DNA from: Candidatus Uhrbacteria bacterium | GTDB taxonomy: Bacteria > Patescibacteriota > Patescibacteriia > UBA9934 > GWF2-40-263 | Direction of reading: 5' to 3' | Assembly (NCBI GenBank): GCA_014239775.1 | Contig: JAAZYG010000023.1 | Location: 223-64,222 of the forward strand | DNA length: 64,000 nucleotides | In this document: positions 28,355-38,060 of the stretch, piece by piece | Numbering within the stretch: the stretch's first letter is position 1 | How the letters are laid out: each line of letters opens with the position of its first letter | The notes under the pieces: model-generated | Database searches by the model: none | What the model saw: the letters and a program-made list of their open reading frames with translations, nothing else | Told to the model about the DNA's origin: nothing | Position numbers and translations under genes: made by a program

Positions 28355-30370
28355 ATGAAATTTAAATTACATTCAAAATATAAACCCGCAGGTGATCAAC
28401 CAAAGGCTATTAAACAATTATTAGCCAGTATTAAGGATGGTAATAAGTTTCAAACCTTATTAGGTGTTACTGGTTCTGGTAAGACGTTTACGATGGCTAA
28501 TGTTATAGAAAAAACTCAAAGACCTGCATTGGTTATTGCTCATAACAAGACTCTTGCGGCACAACTTTGCAATGAATTTAGAGAGTTTTTTCCAGATAAT
28601 ATTGTTGAGTATTTTGTTAGTTATTACGATTATTATCAACCAGAGGCTTATATGCCAAGATCAGATACGTATATTGAAAAAGAAGCAATGATTAATGATG
28701 AAATTGACAGGCTTCGTCATGCTGCAACTCAAGCGTTATTAAGCAGAAAAGATGTAATTATAGTTTCTTCTGTTTCATGTATTTATAATCTTGGTAGTCC
28801 AAAGGAATATGAAAGAGGAGTTCTTCATATTCATAAGGGAAATATAGACATGTCTAGGTCAGAGATATTTAGGCGTTTAATAGAGATGCAATTTTCACGT
28901 ACAAATGCCGATTTAAAGCGTGGTAATTTTAGAGCTCGTGGTGATGTAATTGAGATGATGCCAATGAATGAAGAGGTTGTGTATAGGATTATCATGGAGG
29001 GTGATAGGATTTCAGTCATGCAACAATTGGACCCAGTAACAAGAAAAATTCAAGGCAATATTAATGATGTCTGGTTATTTCCAGCAAAGCATTATGTGAT
29101 TTCAAGGCCAAGACAAAAAGAGGCAATTCGAGGTATACGTCTAGAATTAAAAAATAGATTAAGTGAGTTTGAAAAAGAAGGAAGTGTACTTGAGGCAGAT
29201 AGATTGGATAGGCGCACTCGGTATGACTTAGAAATGATAGAACAACTTGGTTATTGCAACGGTATCGAGAATTATTCAAGATATTTTGATGGAAGAGCAC
29301 CTGGTGATACACCTCAGACATTGATGAATTATTTTCCAGATAATTTTTTAACAATAATTGATGAGTCACATGTAACAGTTTCTCAGGTTGGTGGTATGTA
29401 TAACGGTGACCAAGCACGTAAAAAAACTTTAATTGAGCATGGTTTTCGTTTGCCGTCCGCCAAAGATAATCGTCCATTAAATTTTAAGGAGTTTGAAAGT
29501 AAAATAGGACAAGTTGTTTTTACAAGCGCAACTCCTGGTCCTTATGAGAAAGATAATTCACAAAAAGTTGTAGAGCAGATAATTAGACCAACTGGTTTGG
29601 TTGATCCAGAGATTGATGTTAGGCCAATTACACCAGTTGATGATTATGGGGGGCAGGTAGTTGATTTAATTAAGGAGATTGAAGTTCGTGCAAAAAAGAA
29701 AGAGCGTGTTTTAGTTACTACATTGACTAAAAAAATGTCAGAAGACCTGACGAGTTATTTGGTAGATAAGTCTATAAAGGTTCAATATCTTCATTCGGAT
29801 GTGAAGACTTTGGATAGGATTACGATTTTATCTGATTTACGCTCTGGAGTGTACGATGTTTTGGTAGGAGTTAACTTATTAAGAGAGGGATTAGATTTAC
29901 CAGAAGTAACACTGGTTGCTATTTTAGATGCTGATAAAGAGGGTTTTTTAAGATCAGAAACAGCTATTGTTCAGACAATAGGTCGTGCGGCCAGAAATAC
30001 TGAAGGGAAGGTTATTTTATACGCTGATAATATTACAGGATCGTTAAAGCGTGCAATTAGTGAGACTGAACGGCGTCGTGAAATTCAGACCGCATACAAT
30101 AAAAAACATAAGATTACACCAAAGACAATAAGCAAAGAAATTAAAGACATTCGAGCACTTTTTAATGAAAAAGATAAAAAATCAATAAAGAGCATATTAA
30201 AGCTTGAGTTGACTGCTGAGCCGCATGAAATTAAGCAGGTAATACAAGAAAAGGAGTACGATATGTTGGAAGCTGCAAAAAAACTTGATTTTGAGACAGC
30301 TAAAATTTTAAGGGATGAGATTAAACTGTTGCAAAAAGAACTTAAAGATACTGTGCCAAAGAAAAAATGA
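28355..30370 (+). CDS. uvrB: Excinuclease ABC subunit B
   Basis: KPAGDQPKAI, GVTGSGKTFT and a C-terminal UVR domain. Confidence 0.9.
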   Translation: MKFKLHSKYKPAGDQPKAIKQLLASIKDGNKFQTLLGVTGSGKTFTMANVIEKTQRPALVIAHNKTLAAQLCNEFREFFPDNIVEYFVSYYDYYQPEAYMPRSDTYIEKEAMINDEIDRLRHAATQALLSRKDVIIVSSVSCIYNLGSPKEYERGVLHIHKGNIDMSRSEIFRRLIEMQFSRTNADLKRGNFRARGDVIEMMPMNEEVVYRIIMEGDRISVMQQLDPVTRKIQGNINDVWLFPAKHYVISRPRQKEAIRGIRLELKNRLSEFEKEGSVLEADRLDRRTRYDLEMIEQLGYCNGIENYSRYFDGRAPGDTPQTLMNYFPDNFLTIIDESHVTVSQVGGMYNGDQARKKTLIEHGFRLPSAKDNRPLNFKEFESKIGQVVFTSATPGPYEKDNSQKVVEQIIRPTGLVDPEIDVRPITPVDDYGGQVVDLIKEIEVRAKKKERVLVTTLTKKMSEDLTSYLVDKSIKVQYLHSDVKTLDRITILSDLRSGVYDVLVGVNLLREGLDLPEVTLVAILDADKEGFLRSETAIVQTIGRAARNTEGKVILYADNITGSLKRAISETERRREIQTAYNKKHKITPKTISKEIKDIRALFNEKDKKSIKSILKLELTAEPHEIKQVIQEKEYDMLEAAKKLDFETAKILRDEIKLLQKELKDTVPKKK

Positions 30371-30371
30371 T

Positions 30372-32909
30372 ATGGCGATAGATAAGATTATAATCAAGGG
30401 GGCACGAGAACATAATTTAAAAAATGTTAGTTTGGAGTTGCCAAGAAACAAGTTAATTGTTTTTACTGGTGTTTCAGGTTCAGGTAAGTCTAGTTTAGCT
30501 TTTGATACTATTTTTGCTGAAGGTCAACGTAGGTACGTTGAATCATTGTCTGCATATGCTAGACAATTTTTAGGACAAATGGAGAAGCCTGATGTTGATG
30601 AGATTGAGGGTTTGTCACCTGCAATATCTATTGATCAAAAGGCACATTCAAATAACCCACGGTCAACCGTTGCTACAATTACGGAGGTTTATGATTATTT
30701 ACGTGTGTTGTTTGCCAGGGTTGGATTACCTCATTGTATTAAGTGTGAACAAAAGATACAGAAACTTACAAACGAAGAGATGGTGGATGTTGTTATGGAG
30801 GGGGTGGAGAAATTTGACAATAATACTAAAAAAACTAGAAAAGGTTCTATTAAGGTTCTAGCTCCTATTGTTCGTGGAAGAAAAGGTGAATATTATCAGT
30901 TGCTTTATGATTTGTATAATTCTGGTTTTGCAAAAGTAAGAATTGATGGGGTAGAGCATCGCTTAGATCAGCCTATTAAATTAGCAAGATATAAACAGCA
31001 TTCGATTGATGTTGTAATAGACACAATTTCACTTAGTGAGTTTGAAAAGAGTGAGAAAGACGCTCGTCAGAGACTTGCAGAGGCATTGGAGACAGCTGTG
31101 GATAGAGGTAATGACATTGCTGTTGTCATCTATCCAAATAAGGATGAGCAATTATTATCTGCAAAGTTTAGTTGTCCAACGTGCGGTTTTTCCTTTCCAG
31201 AGATTGAGCCGCGTTTATTTTCATTTAATTCACCATATGGTGCATGTAAGGAGTGTTCTGGTCTTGGAACGGCAGAGTTATTTTCAGAAGAATTATGTGG
31301 TGTTTGTACTGGTGCTAGGTTACGAAATGAAGCTCTGTATGTTTGGTTGCCAAAAAAAGTATCAATTGTTGATGTTGTAAGGATGTCCATAGATGAAGCT
31401 GTAACGTTTTTTTCTGAAATAGAAATGAGTGAACGTGATAAGAAGATAGCAGGTTCAATTTTTAATGAAATCCAAAATAGATTACAGTTTATGCTAGATG
31501 TGGGATTGCATTATCTTACATTAGACAGAGCTGCTGGTACTTTGTCTGGCGGAGAAGCTCAAAGGATACGTCTAGCATCTCAGGTTGGTACACGTTTGGT
31601 CGGTGCTATGTATGTTTTGGATGAGCCGACTATTGGCTTGCATCAACGAGATAATGATAGATTGATTGAAACATTGGAGAATTTACGTGATCTTGGCAAT
31701 ACTGTGATAATAGTTGAGCATGATGAAGATTCTATAATGGCATCAGATTTTATGGTTGATATTGGTCCTGGTGCTGGAAGACTTGGTGGTGAGATTGTTG
31801 CAATTGGTGAAACTCCAAAAATTTTCGAAAATAAGGATTCAGTTACGTGTGCGTATTTAAGAGGAGATAAAAAGATTGAAATTCCAGAAAATCGTAGGAC
31901 TATTGCAAAAGATGTTATTAAGATTAAGGGTGCTAGTCAGAATAATTTAAAAAACATAGACGTTGAAATTCCATTAAGACGTTTTGTTTGTATTACAGGG
32001 GTGTCAGGGTCAGGAAAGTCTACTCTTGCATACGAAACTATGTATAAGACTTTATCTAAACGTTTGTATAACAGTAAACATACACCAGGAAAACATAAGT
32101 CTTTGCACGGTATTGAGTATATAGATAAAAGTGTTTTGATAGATCAAAGTGCTATTGGACGTAGTTCAAGGTCAAATCCTGCAACATACACAGGGGTTTG
32201 GACTCCAGTCAGAGAATTGTTCACAGAATTACCAGAATCTAGGTTTAGAGGGTATAAGCCAGGTCGTTTTAGTTTTAATCGTCCAGGTGGTAGGTGTGAA
32301 CATTGTGAGGGTCATGGTGTGATTGCGATTGAGATGCATTTTTTACCAACTGTTTATGTTAAGTGTGATATTTGTAGGGGTAAACGGTTTGATCGTGAGA
32401 CTTTGGAAATAAAGTACCGTGAAAAGAGTATTTATGATGTGTTGGAGATGACAGTTGAGGAGTCTGCTGTCTTTTTTAAGGATATTCCATCTGTGGCAGA
32501 TAAACTCGATAAATTGAATGAAGTCGGATTATCTTATGTAAAGCTGGGTCAACCCGCACCTACATTGTCTGGTGGAGAGGCTCAGCGTGTTAAGTTGGCC
32601 ACAGAACTATCTAAGAGACAAACTGGTCGTACTTTGTATTTATTAGATGAACCAACTACAGGTTTACATTTTGATGATGTTAAAAAATTATTAGAAGTAC
32701 TACACACACTTGTGGATAAAGGTAATTCTGTAGTTGTAATCGAACATAATTTAGATGTGATAAAAACTGCTGATTGGCTAATAGACTTAGGTCCTGAAGG
32801 AGGGGATTTAGGTGGAGAAATCGTTGCTGTTGGAACTCCTGAAGATATTGCACGTCATGGTTTGAGTTATACAGGTAAATACTTAAAACGAGTTTTAAAG
32901 AAAAAATAG
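30372..32909 (+). CDS. uvrA: Excinuclease ABC subunit A
   Basis: Two ABC modules (GVSGSGKSSL twice, LSGGEAQR twice) and a zinc finger CPTCGF. Confidence 0.9.
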   Translation: MAIDKIIIKGAREHNLKNVSLELPRNKLIVFTGVSGSGKSSLAFDTIFAEGQRRYVESLSAYARQFLGQMEKPDVDEIEGLSPAISIDQKAHSNNPRSTVATITEVYDYLRVLFARVGLPHCIKCEQKIQKLTNEEMVDVVMEGVEKFDNNTKKTRKGSIKVLAPIVRGRKGEYYQLLYDLYNSGFAKVRIDGVEHRLDQPIKLARYKQHSIDVVIDTISLSEFEKSEKDARQRLAEALETAVDRGNDIAVVIYPNKDEQLLSAKFSCPTCGFSFPEIEPRLFSFNSPYGACKECSGLGTAELFSEELCGVCTGARLRNEALYVWLPKKVSIVDVVRMSIDEAVTFFSEIEMSERDKKIAGSIFNEIQNRLQFMLDVGLHYLTLDRAAGTLSGGEAQRIRLASQVGTRLVGAMYVLDEPTIGLHQRDNDRLIETLENLRDLGNTVIIVEHDEDSIMASDFMVDIGPGAGRLGGEIVAIGETPKIFENKDSVTCAYLRGDKKIEIPENRRTIAKDVIKIKGASQNNLKNIDVEIPLRRFVCITGVSGSGKSTLAYETMYKTLSKRLYNSKHTPGKHKSLHGIEYIDKSVLIDQSAIGRSSRSNPATYTGVWTPVRELFTELPESRFRGYKPGRFSFNRPGGRCEHCEGHGVIAIEMHFLPTVYVKCDICRGKRFDRETLEIKYREKSIYDVLEMTVEESAVFFKDIPSVADKLDKLNEVGLSYVKLGQPAPTLSGGEAQRVKLATELSKRQTGRTLYLLDEPTTGLHFDDVKKLLEVLHTLVDKGNSVVVIEHNLDVIKTADWLIDLGPEGGDLGGEIVAVGTPEDIARHGLSYTGKYLKRVLKKK

Positions 32910-32951
32910 TCATCTAATGTTTTTTGAATAAAAAAAAGGACTAAATTAGTC

Positions 32952-33236
32952 CTAGAGTCCTACATGCATTACCATCTTGCTAGATATGTCTACGTGTAGG
33001 TAGAGTCGATCGAGTTCAACCGCAAGGTTTTGCCCGATTTCAATTGGGTTATCTGCGCATTGTGGAAGAATGATTGATAACGCATTTTCAAATTGTTCAC
33101 GCCCTAAACGTGTGTAAACAGGATGCCACTCTACTTCATGGCATATTTCTGTTGGTGATCCGTTTGGTGCAAAAACTCGTATATTAAATATCTTACCACC
33201 TCCGTCTGTATCAATGGTTAACAAGTCATTTGTCAT
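32952..33236 (-). CDS. Hypothetical 94-aa protein; start MTNDLL chosen for AGGGGG SD rather than the track ATG at 33281
   Basis: An AGGGGG SD lies 6 nt upstream of the 33236 ATG. ICHEVEWHP is a possible metal site. Confidence 0.4.
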   Translation of the reverse strand: MTNDLLTIDTDGGGKIFNIRVFAPNGSPTEICHEVEWHPVYTRLGREQFENALSIILPQCADNPIEIGQNLAVELDRLYLHVDISSKMVMHVGL

Positions 33237-33271
33237 TACAATCCCCCTTCTGTGTGCAACAATGCTGAGAA

Positions 33272-33300
33272 AATATATCAATTAAAAACAGCGGTGTCAA
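33272..33300 (-). promoter_or_regulatory. Minus-strand promoter TTGACA-17-TATATT whose -35 lies in the loop of the upstream gene's terminator
   Basis: tgtcaa at 33295-33300, aatata at 33272-33277 and a 17-nt spacer. Confidence 0.4.
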
Positions 33301-33315
33301 TCCCGCTGTTTTGTA
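33287..33315 (-). terminator. Terminator of cupredoxin gene
   Basis: aacagcgg/ccgctgtt stem; U5 on the minus transcript. Confidence 0.5.
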
Positions 33316-33323
33316 TTATATAC

Positions 33324-33968
33324 TTATTTTACAATTAAAGTACCCTCCATTCCATTTGCTCTGTGTGATCCTATGTCACAGTAAAATGCATATTCTCCAG
33401 GAGTTTGTGGTGCGGTTATTATTAAAGCATCACCTTCTGAGATTGTGAATTTTATGTCCATTTCATCAATTACAAATGTATGGAATCCTGAATTTTTTGT
33501 AAATGTTATTTTTATTTTCTCTGATGGAGCTGCATTTATAACGTTTGGTGCAAAAAAGAAGTTACCAGACTCCATGTTTACATTGTTTTCTACTGTACCA
33601 CCAAGAGTTATATCTATGATTGGTACTGTACTTGTATCTTCCTCAGTGTTTTCATTGTTATCTTCCTGAACATCCTCTGATGGTGGGTTGGAAAATATAA
33701 ACTCTGAACCTTCTGATTTAATTGTGGTAGTTTCGGTATTTTGTTTATTTGTTGATATATCAACAGAATCGTTACTTGGAACCACGTCACTCTTCTCTAT
33801 GACTTCAATGTTGTCATTTTCTGATTCTGTATTGTCTTCAACTTGCACAATACTATCCACTTCTTTTATTGTGTCTTTTTGTGTGTTATTTTCTGGTTGT
33901 GTTGTTGAATTGGCACATCCAGCACCAATTAATAGAAAAAGGCTTAATATCGCAATTGTTTTCTTCAT
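33324..33968 (-). CDS. Lipoprotein with C-terminal cupredoxin (type-1 copper, plastocyanin/azurin-like) domain
   Basis: LLIGAGC lipobox, low-complexity N/E/T linker, His in GFHTFVIDEMD and YCDIGSHRANGMEG (Cys-His-Met ligands). Confidence 0.65.
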   Translation of the reverse strand: MKKTIAILSLFLLIGAGCANSTTQPENNTQKDTIKEVDSIVQVEDNTESENDNIEVIEKSDVVPSNDSVDISTNKQNTETTTIKSEGSEFIFSNPPSEDVQEDNNENTEEDTSTVPIIDITLGGTVENNVNMESGNFFFAPNVINAAPSEKIKITFTKNSGFHTFVIDEMDIKFTISEGDALIITAPQTPGEYAFYCDIGSHRANGMEGTLIVK

Positions 33969-34027
33969 ATAGTAGATAATTATTATAGAAGGAGATTAGC
34001 ACGGTATGTAATAAGTTCAAAATATAC

Positions 34028-35341
34028 ATGATTCCAAATAATATTATAATTAAAGATTTAGTATTACCTAGTAAGCCAGGTGTGTATTTTTATTACGATA
34101 ATGTGGGCAAGTTGCTGTATATAGGAAAGGCTACATCATTAAAGCGTAGAGTTAGGTCATATTTTAATAAAGCACATGATCAAAGAATTTCTAGTTTAGT
34201 ATCATCAATTGCAAGAATAGATTACATAGTTACACCATCTGTAATTGAGGCTCTTATTCTTGAGGCAAATCAGATTAAAATAAAAAAACCTTTATATAAT
34301 ATTTTACAAAGAGATGATAAAAGTTTTTTGTATCTTGTAATTACAAATGAAGATTTTCCAAAACCAATGCTAATTAGAGGCAAAGATCTTGTCGATAAGG
34401 GGATAGATCCATTTTCTGATGTTTTGAGCGAAGATGTAAAAAAGTTATATGTACGTATATTTGGTCCATATACAAGCAGTACTTCTTTAAGAAAGGCAAT
34501 GGATATTATTCGTGATGTTATTTCATGGAGTAACTGTAATCCACCTATTGCAGGAAAAAGTAAAAGGTCATGTTTTAATTATCATATAAAAAAATGTCCA
34601 GGAGTGTGTGTGGGTAACATTTCAAAACAGGAATACAGAAAAATAATTAAGAGTTTTATTTTATTTTTTGAAGGAAAAAAGATCCAAATTGTTCGGAGTA
34701 TAAAAAAGGAGATGTTACTTGCTTCAAAGGAGTTGAGATTTGAAGATGCAAAACAGTTCAGAAAAAACATATTTGCACTGGAGCATATACAAGATGTGTC
34801 ATTAATAGTGAAGGAAGATACTAGTAGGTTGTTGTGTAAAAGTAGTGGAGAAATTGATCTAAATGGTCGAATCGAAGCTTATGATATAAGTCATATTTCA
34901 GGAATGTATGCTGTGGGTTCAATGGTTGTTTTTAAGAATCAATTGCCATTAAAAAGTGCATATAGAAAATTTACAATTAAAACAGTTAGTGGGAACAATG
35001 ATGTTGCAATGATTGTGGAGGTGGTGGTAAGGCGGCTTAATAAGTATAAATTGTATCCAAATAAATGGCCTTTACCAGATCTTATGGTTATTGATGGTGG
35101 AAAATCTCAGGTAAATGCTGTGTGTGATGTATTAAAGCAAATGGTAATAAATGTTCCTGTAATAGGTATTGCTAAAGGACCTGGCAGAAAACAAGACAAG
35201 TTAATTTTTGACAGATCTAATCAGGGTTTAATACGTATTGAAAAACGTGGAAAAGAATTGTGTCAAAATGCACGAGATGAGGCACATCGATTTGCTGTAA
35301 AGTTTCATCGATTAAAGCGAAAAAAAGGTTTTATAAAGTAA
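34028..35341 (+). CDS. uvrC: Excinuclease ABC subunit C (short form lacking C-terminal HhH)
   Basis: GIY-YIG PGVYFYYDNVGKLLYIGKATSLKRRV, a UVR motif and an RNaseH-like endonuclease domain. Confidence 0.8.
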   Translation: MIPNNIIIKDLVLPSKPGVYFYYDNVGKLLYIGKATSLKRRVRSYFNKAHDQRISSLVSSIARIDYIVTPSVIEALILEANQIKIKKPLYNILQRDDKSFLYLVITNEDFPKPMLIRGKDLVDKGIDPFSDVLSEDVKKLYVRIFGPYTSSTSLRKAMDIIRDVISWSNCNPPIAGKSKRSCFNYHIKKCPGVCVGNISKQEYRKIIKSFILFFEGKKIQIVRSIKKEMLLASKELRFEDAKQFRKNIFALEHIQDVSLIVKEDTSRLLCKSSGEIDLNGRIEAYDISHISGMYAVGSMVVFKNQLPLKSAYRKFTIKTVSGNNDVAMIVEVVVRRLNKYKLYPNKWPLPDLMVIDGGKSQVNAVCDVLKQMVINVPVIGIAKGPGRKQDKLIFDRSNQGLIRIEKRGKELCQNARDEAHRFAVKFHRLKRKKGFIK

Positions 35342-35344
35342 TTA

Positions 35345-35380
35345 AATCACATGTATTTATCCACAGCATGTGATTTTTTA
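35345..35380 (+). terminator. Rho-independent terminator after uvrC
   Basis: aatcacatg...catgtgatt stem followed by a T6 run. Confidence 0.5.
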
Positions 35381-35424
35381 TTATTTATTTACTAATTTCA
35401 GCAGAGAATTTACTTGTTTAATAA

Positions 35425-35489
35425 GTGGGTAATGTTGTTGACTGGAGTCACATAGTGGGCTAAAATGGTTGTAAGTGGAAAGAAGTGGG
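35425..35489 (+). promoter_or_regulatory. mraZ promoter (TTGACT-17-TAAAAT at 35438-35466) overlapped by four GTGGG/GTGGA boxes phased at 10-bp multiples (putative MraZ operator)
   Basis: GTGGG at 35425, 35455 and 35485; GTGGA at 35475. Confidence 0.5.
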
Positions 35490-35557
35490 GATTGGACCGT
35501 TGTGTCCGATGCTCACTTTTATTTAATTAAAGTGAAACCACGCACAGTCACCTTTAT

Positions 35558-35989
35558 ATGTTCATAGGAGAATATAAACATAATTTAGATGAAAAAGGAC
35601 GTCTTGCTGTACCCAAGAAATTTCGCAAGGCTCTTGAAAAAGGTTTGGTTGTGACACGTGGTTTAGACACGTCTCTTTTCCTGTTTCCCAAGGAGGAGTG
35701 GGACAAGCTTGCAGAAAAACTTTCAAGTTTGCCCCTAGGGAATTCCAATAGCCGTGCATTTGCCCGACTCATGCTTGCGGGTGCAATGGACATAATGTTG
35801 GACAAACAGGGGAGAGTCGTGTTGCCGGAGTATTTAAGGGTGTATGCAGACCTAAAGAAGTCTGTAGTATTAGCTGGTTTATATAACCGCTTAGAGCTTT
35901 GGAGTGAAAAGAATTGGGAGGTCTACAAGAAAAAGGTCGAACAAGATGCCGAGTCTGTTGCAGAACAGTTGGGTGATTTAGGAATTTAA
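35558..35989 (+). CDS. mraZ: Transcriptional regulator MraZ
   Basis: Duplicated MraZ fold with YKHNLDEKGRLAVPKKFR and DKQGRVVLPEYLR. Confidence 0.85.
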   Translation: MFIGEYKHNLDEKGRLAVPKKFRKALEKGLVVTRGLDTSLFLFPKEEWDKLAEKLSSLPLGNSNSRAFARLMLAGAMDIMLDKQGRVVLPEYLRVYADLKKSVVLAGLYNRLELWSEKNWEVYKKKVEQDAESVAEQLGDLGI

Positions 35990-36067
35990 TTTTTGGGGAT
36001 CCAGGATTGTGTTTTTTAACGTAACCCCGGCTTCCTAAAGGAGGACATAATGTGACCCATTATTATT

Positions 36068-36937
36068 ATGTACAAACATAAACCTGTCCTCTTATCTGAG
36101 GTGCTAGAGCATCTCCAACCGGAGCCGAATCAACAGTTTTTAGACGGTACTGTGGGGCTGGGAGGTCACGCTGAAGCTTTGCTAAAGCGAATCCTTCCAG
36201 ATGGCCGTCTGCTCGCATTTGATAGAGATGCGGGAAACCTCCGCGTTTGTCAATCGCGGTTAGCTAGTTATGGCAAAGCAGTTGTTTATATAAACGACAG
36301 TTTTTCCAACGCGCAAACTCATGCAAAAGCACATGGATTTACAAAAATCGATGGAGCACTGCTGGATCTTGGTTTTTCTTCTGTTCATGTCGATGATCCG
36401 GATAGAGGATTTTCTTTCCTTAAATCTGGTCCATTGGATATGAGATACGACCCCAGAGGTGAACTGTCCGCAGCCCATATTGTAAATACATGGAGCGAAG
36501 ATGAGTTGGCACGCATATTTAGAGAATACGGTGAGGAGAGACGAGCAAGAGATATTGCTCGAATGATTGTTAAACGTCGGAAAAGTAAACAGTTTACTGG
36601 AACCGTCGATTTGGCTGAGTCGATTGCGCAAGTTGTGCGTCGCCATGGCAGAATCCATCCAGCTACGCTTGTTTTTCAGGCACTTAGAATAGCTGTGAAT
36701 GACGAATTTGGTCATTTACAGCTCGGACTTCCTAGTATTGCAGATCTTTTGCGTCCAGGAAGTCGATTGGCAGTTATATCTTTTCATTCATTAGAAGACA
36801 GAGTGATTAAGAACTTTATTAAATCACGAAATGATTTAATAAAGGTGAATAAAAAAGTTATCACTGCAACAAGATTAGAAATTAAATCAAATTCAAGAGC
36901 GCGTAGTGCAAAATTACGTATTGCAGAAAAAGTTTAG
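36068..36937 (+). CDS. rsmH: 16S rRNA (cytosine1402-N4)-methyltransferase
   Basis: HKPVLLSEVLE...DGTVGLGGH...FQALRIAVNDE. Confidence 0.85.
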   Translation: MYKHKPVLLSEVLEHLQPEPNQQFLDGTVGLGGHAEALLKRILPDGRLLAFDRDAGNLRVCQSRLASYGKAVVYINDSFSNAQTHAKAHGFTKIDGALLDLGFSSVHVDDPDRGFSFLKSGPLDMRYDPRGELSAAHIVNTWSEDELARIFREYGEERRARDIARMIVKRRKSKQFTGTVDLAESIAQVVRRHGRIHPATLVFQALRIAVNDEFGHLQLGLPSIADLLRPGSRLAVISFHSLEDRVIKNFIKSRNDLIKVNKKVITATRLEIKSNSRARSAKLRIAEKV

Positions 36938-36948
36938 AAATAAACGAC

Positions 36949-37323
36949 ATGCAACCCCACAGTATGTCCATGATTACACAAACAATAACAACAAATTACA
37001 ATAAGCGTTCCTGGTTGGCTGATGTAAAAGTATTTTTTTCAAATACAATTATGTTGAACACCATAACGTTCGCTGTTGTAATCATACTAGCCGTTGCATA
37101 TATTTTTCATGTAAATAGTGTTATTGCTCAAGGTTATGAAATACAGGAATTAGAGCAGCAGATAAGTGAGTTACAATTGCAAAATCAGCAATTAGAACTT
37201 ACTTCGCAGCAAGCAAAGTCACTAGAGAATATTAATAGATCAATTAAGATGTTGGGTTTTCAAGAGGTTGATGAGCTTGAGTATATCAGTGTAGGAACGT
37301 CTTCATACGTACTTGCAGAATAG
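36949..37323 (+). CDS. FtsL-like division protein (TM + coiled coil)
   Basis: Sits directly after rsmH; single TM followed by a leucine-rich coiled coil. Confidence 0.45.
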   Translation: MQPHSMSMITQTITTNYNKRSWLADVKVFFSNTIMLNTITFAVVIILAVAYIFHVNSVIAQGYEIQELEQQISELQLQNQQLELTSQQAKSLENINRSIKMLGFQEVDELEYISVGTSSYVLAE

Positions 37324-37368
37324 TTAGTATAAATCGACTTAATGGTCGGTTTTTTGTTTGTCTAAACA

Positions 37369-37956
37369 ATGATATACTTTATTAATACTAAGGAGGTTAT
37401 GTTTTTACAAACTGCACTTTTTGACACAAGTATTGCGGCAGAAACAATTGCTAATGTAAATTGGCTGCAGCCAACATGGGATTTATTTGTAATCTTATTT
37501 TTTGTTGTTGCATCACTTATTTACGGTGTTTCTTTGGGAAGAGATAGGATTATTGTTATTTTGGTTTCAATATATATGGCTTTGGCTGTTGTAAATTACA
37601 TTCCTTTTATTAGTGAGTTTACAGCGGCTATTTCAGTTAATGATGCATTTGCTCTTCGTGTTTCAGTTTTCTTAGGTATTTTTATTTTATTGTTTTTCTT
37701 TTTATCACACTCAGCACTCTTGAAAACATTAGGGCATACATCGGCACAAGGTGGAATTTTTCAAGTAATGATTTTTTCTTTTTTACATGTTGGATTATTG
37801 ATTAGCGTTACATTGTCGTTTTTCCCTACAGATCTTTCAGGTGTTTTGTCACCATTTACACGTTCTATTTTTTTAGGAGATATAGCAAAGGCACTTTGGG
37901 TAACGTTGCCTATATTGGCAATGGCTATTTTTGGAAAAATTGAAAAAGATTACTAG
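37369..37956 (+). CDS. Hypothetical polytopic membrane protein
   Basis: 195-aa ORF with a GGAGG SD and five or six TM helices. Confidence 0.4.
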   Translation: MIYFINTKEVMFLQTALFDTSIAAETIANVNWLQPTWDLFVILFFVVASLIYGVSLGRDRIIVILVSIYMALAVVNYIPFISEFTAAISVNDAFALRVSVFLGIFILLFFFLSHSALLKTLGHTSAQGGIFQVMIFSFLHVGLLISVTLSFFPTDLSGVLSPFTRSIFLGDIAKALWVTLPILAMAIFGKIEKDY

Positions 37957-38060
37957 GAATATAGGTTTTGTTTTGTTTTTTTTACACGTTTATTAAGTAA
38001 ATGTGTTTTTTTATGTGTTGTTACTTTTTTATTATTTATGTGTATAGTAAAGAGTGCAAC

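Noticed and set aside
36260-36715. 151-aa minus-strand ORF inside rsmH
   Set aside because: Shadow ORF produced by GC-richer coding sequence.
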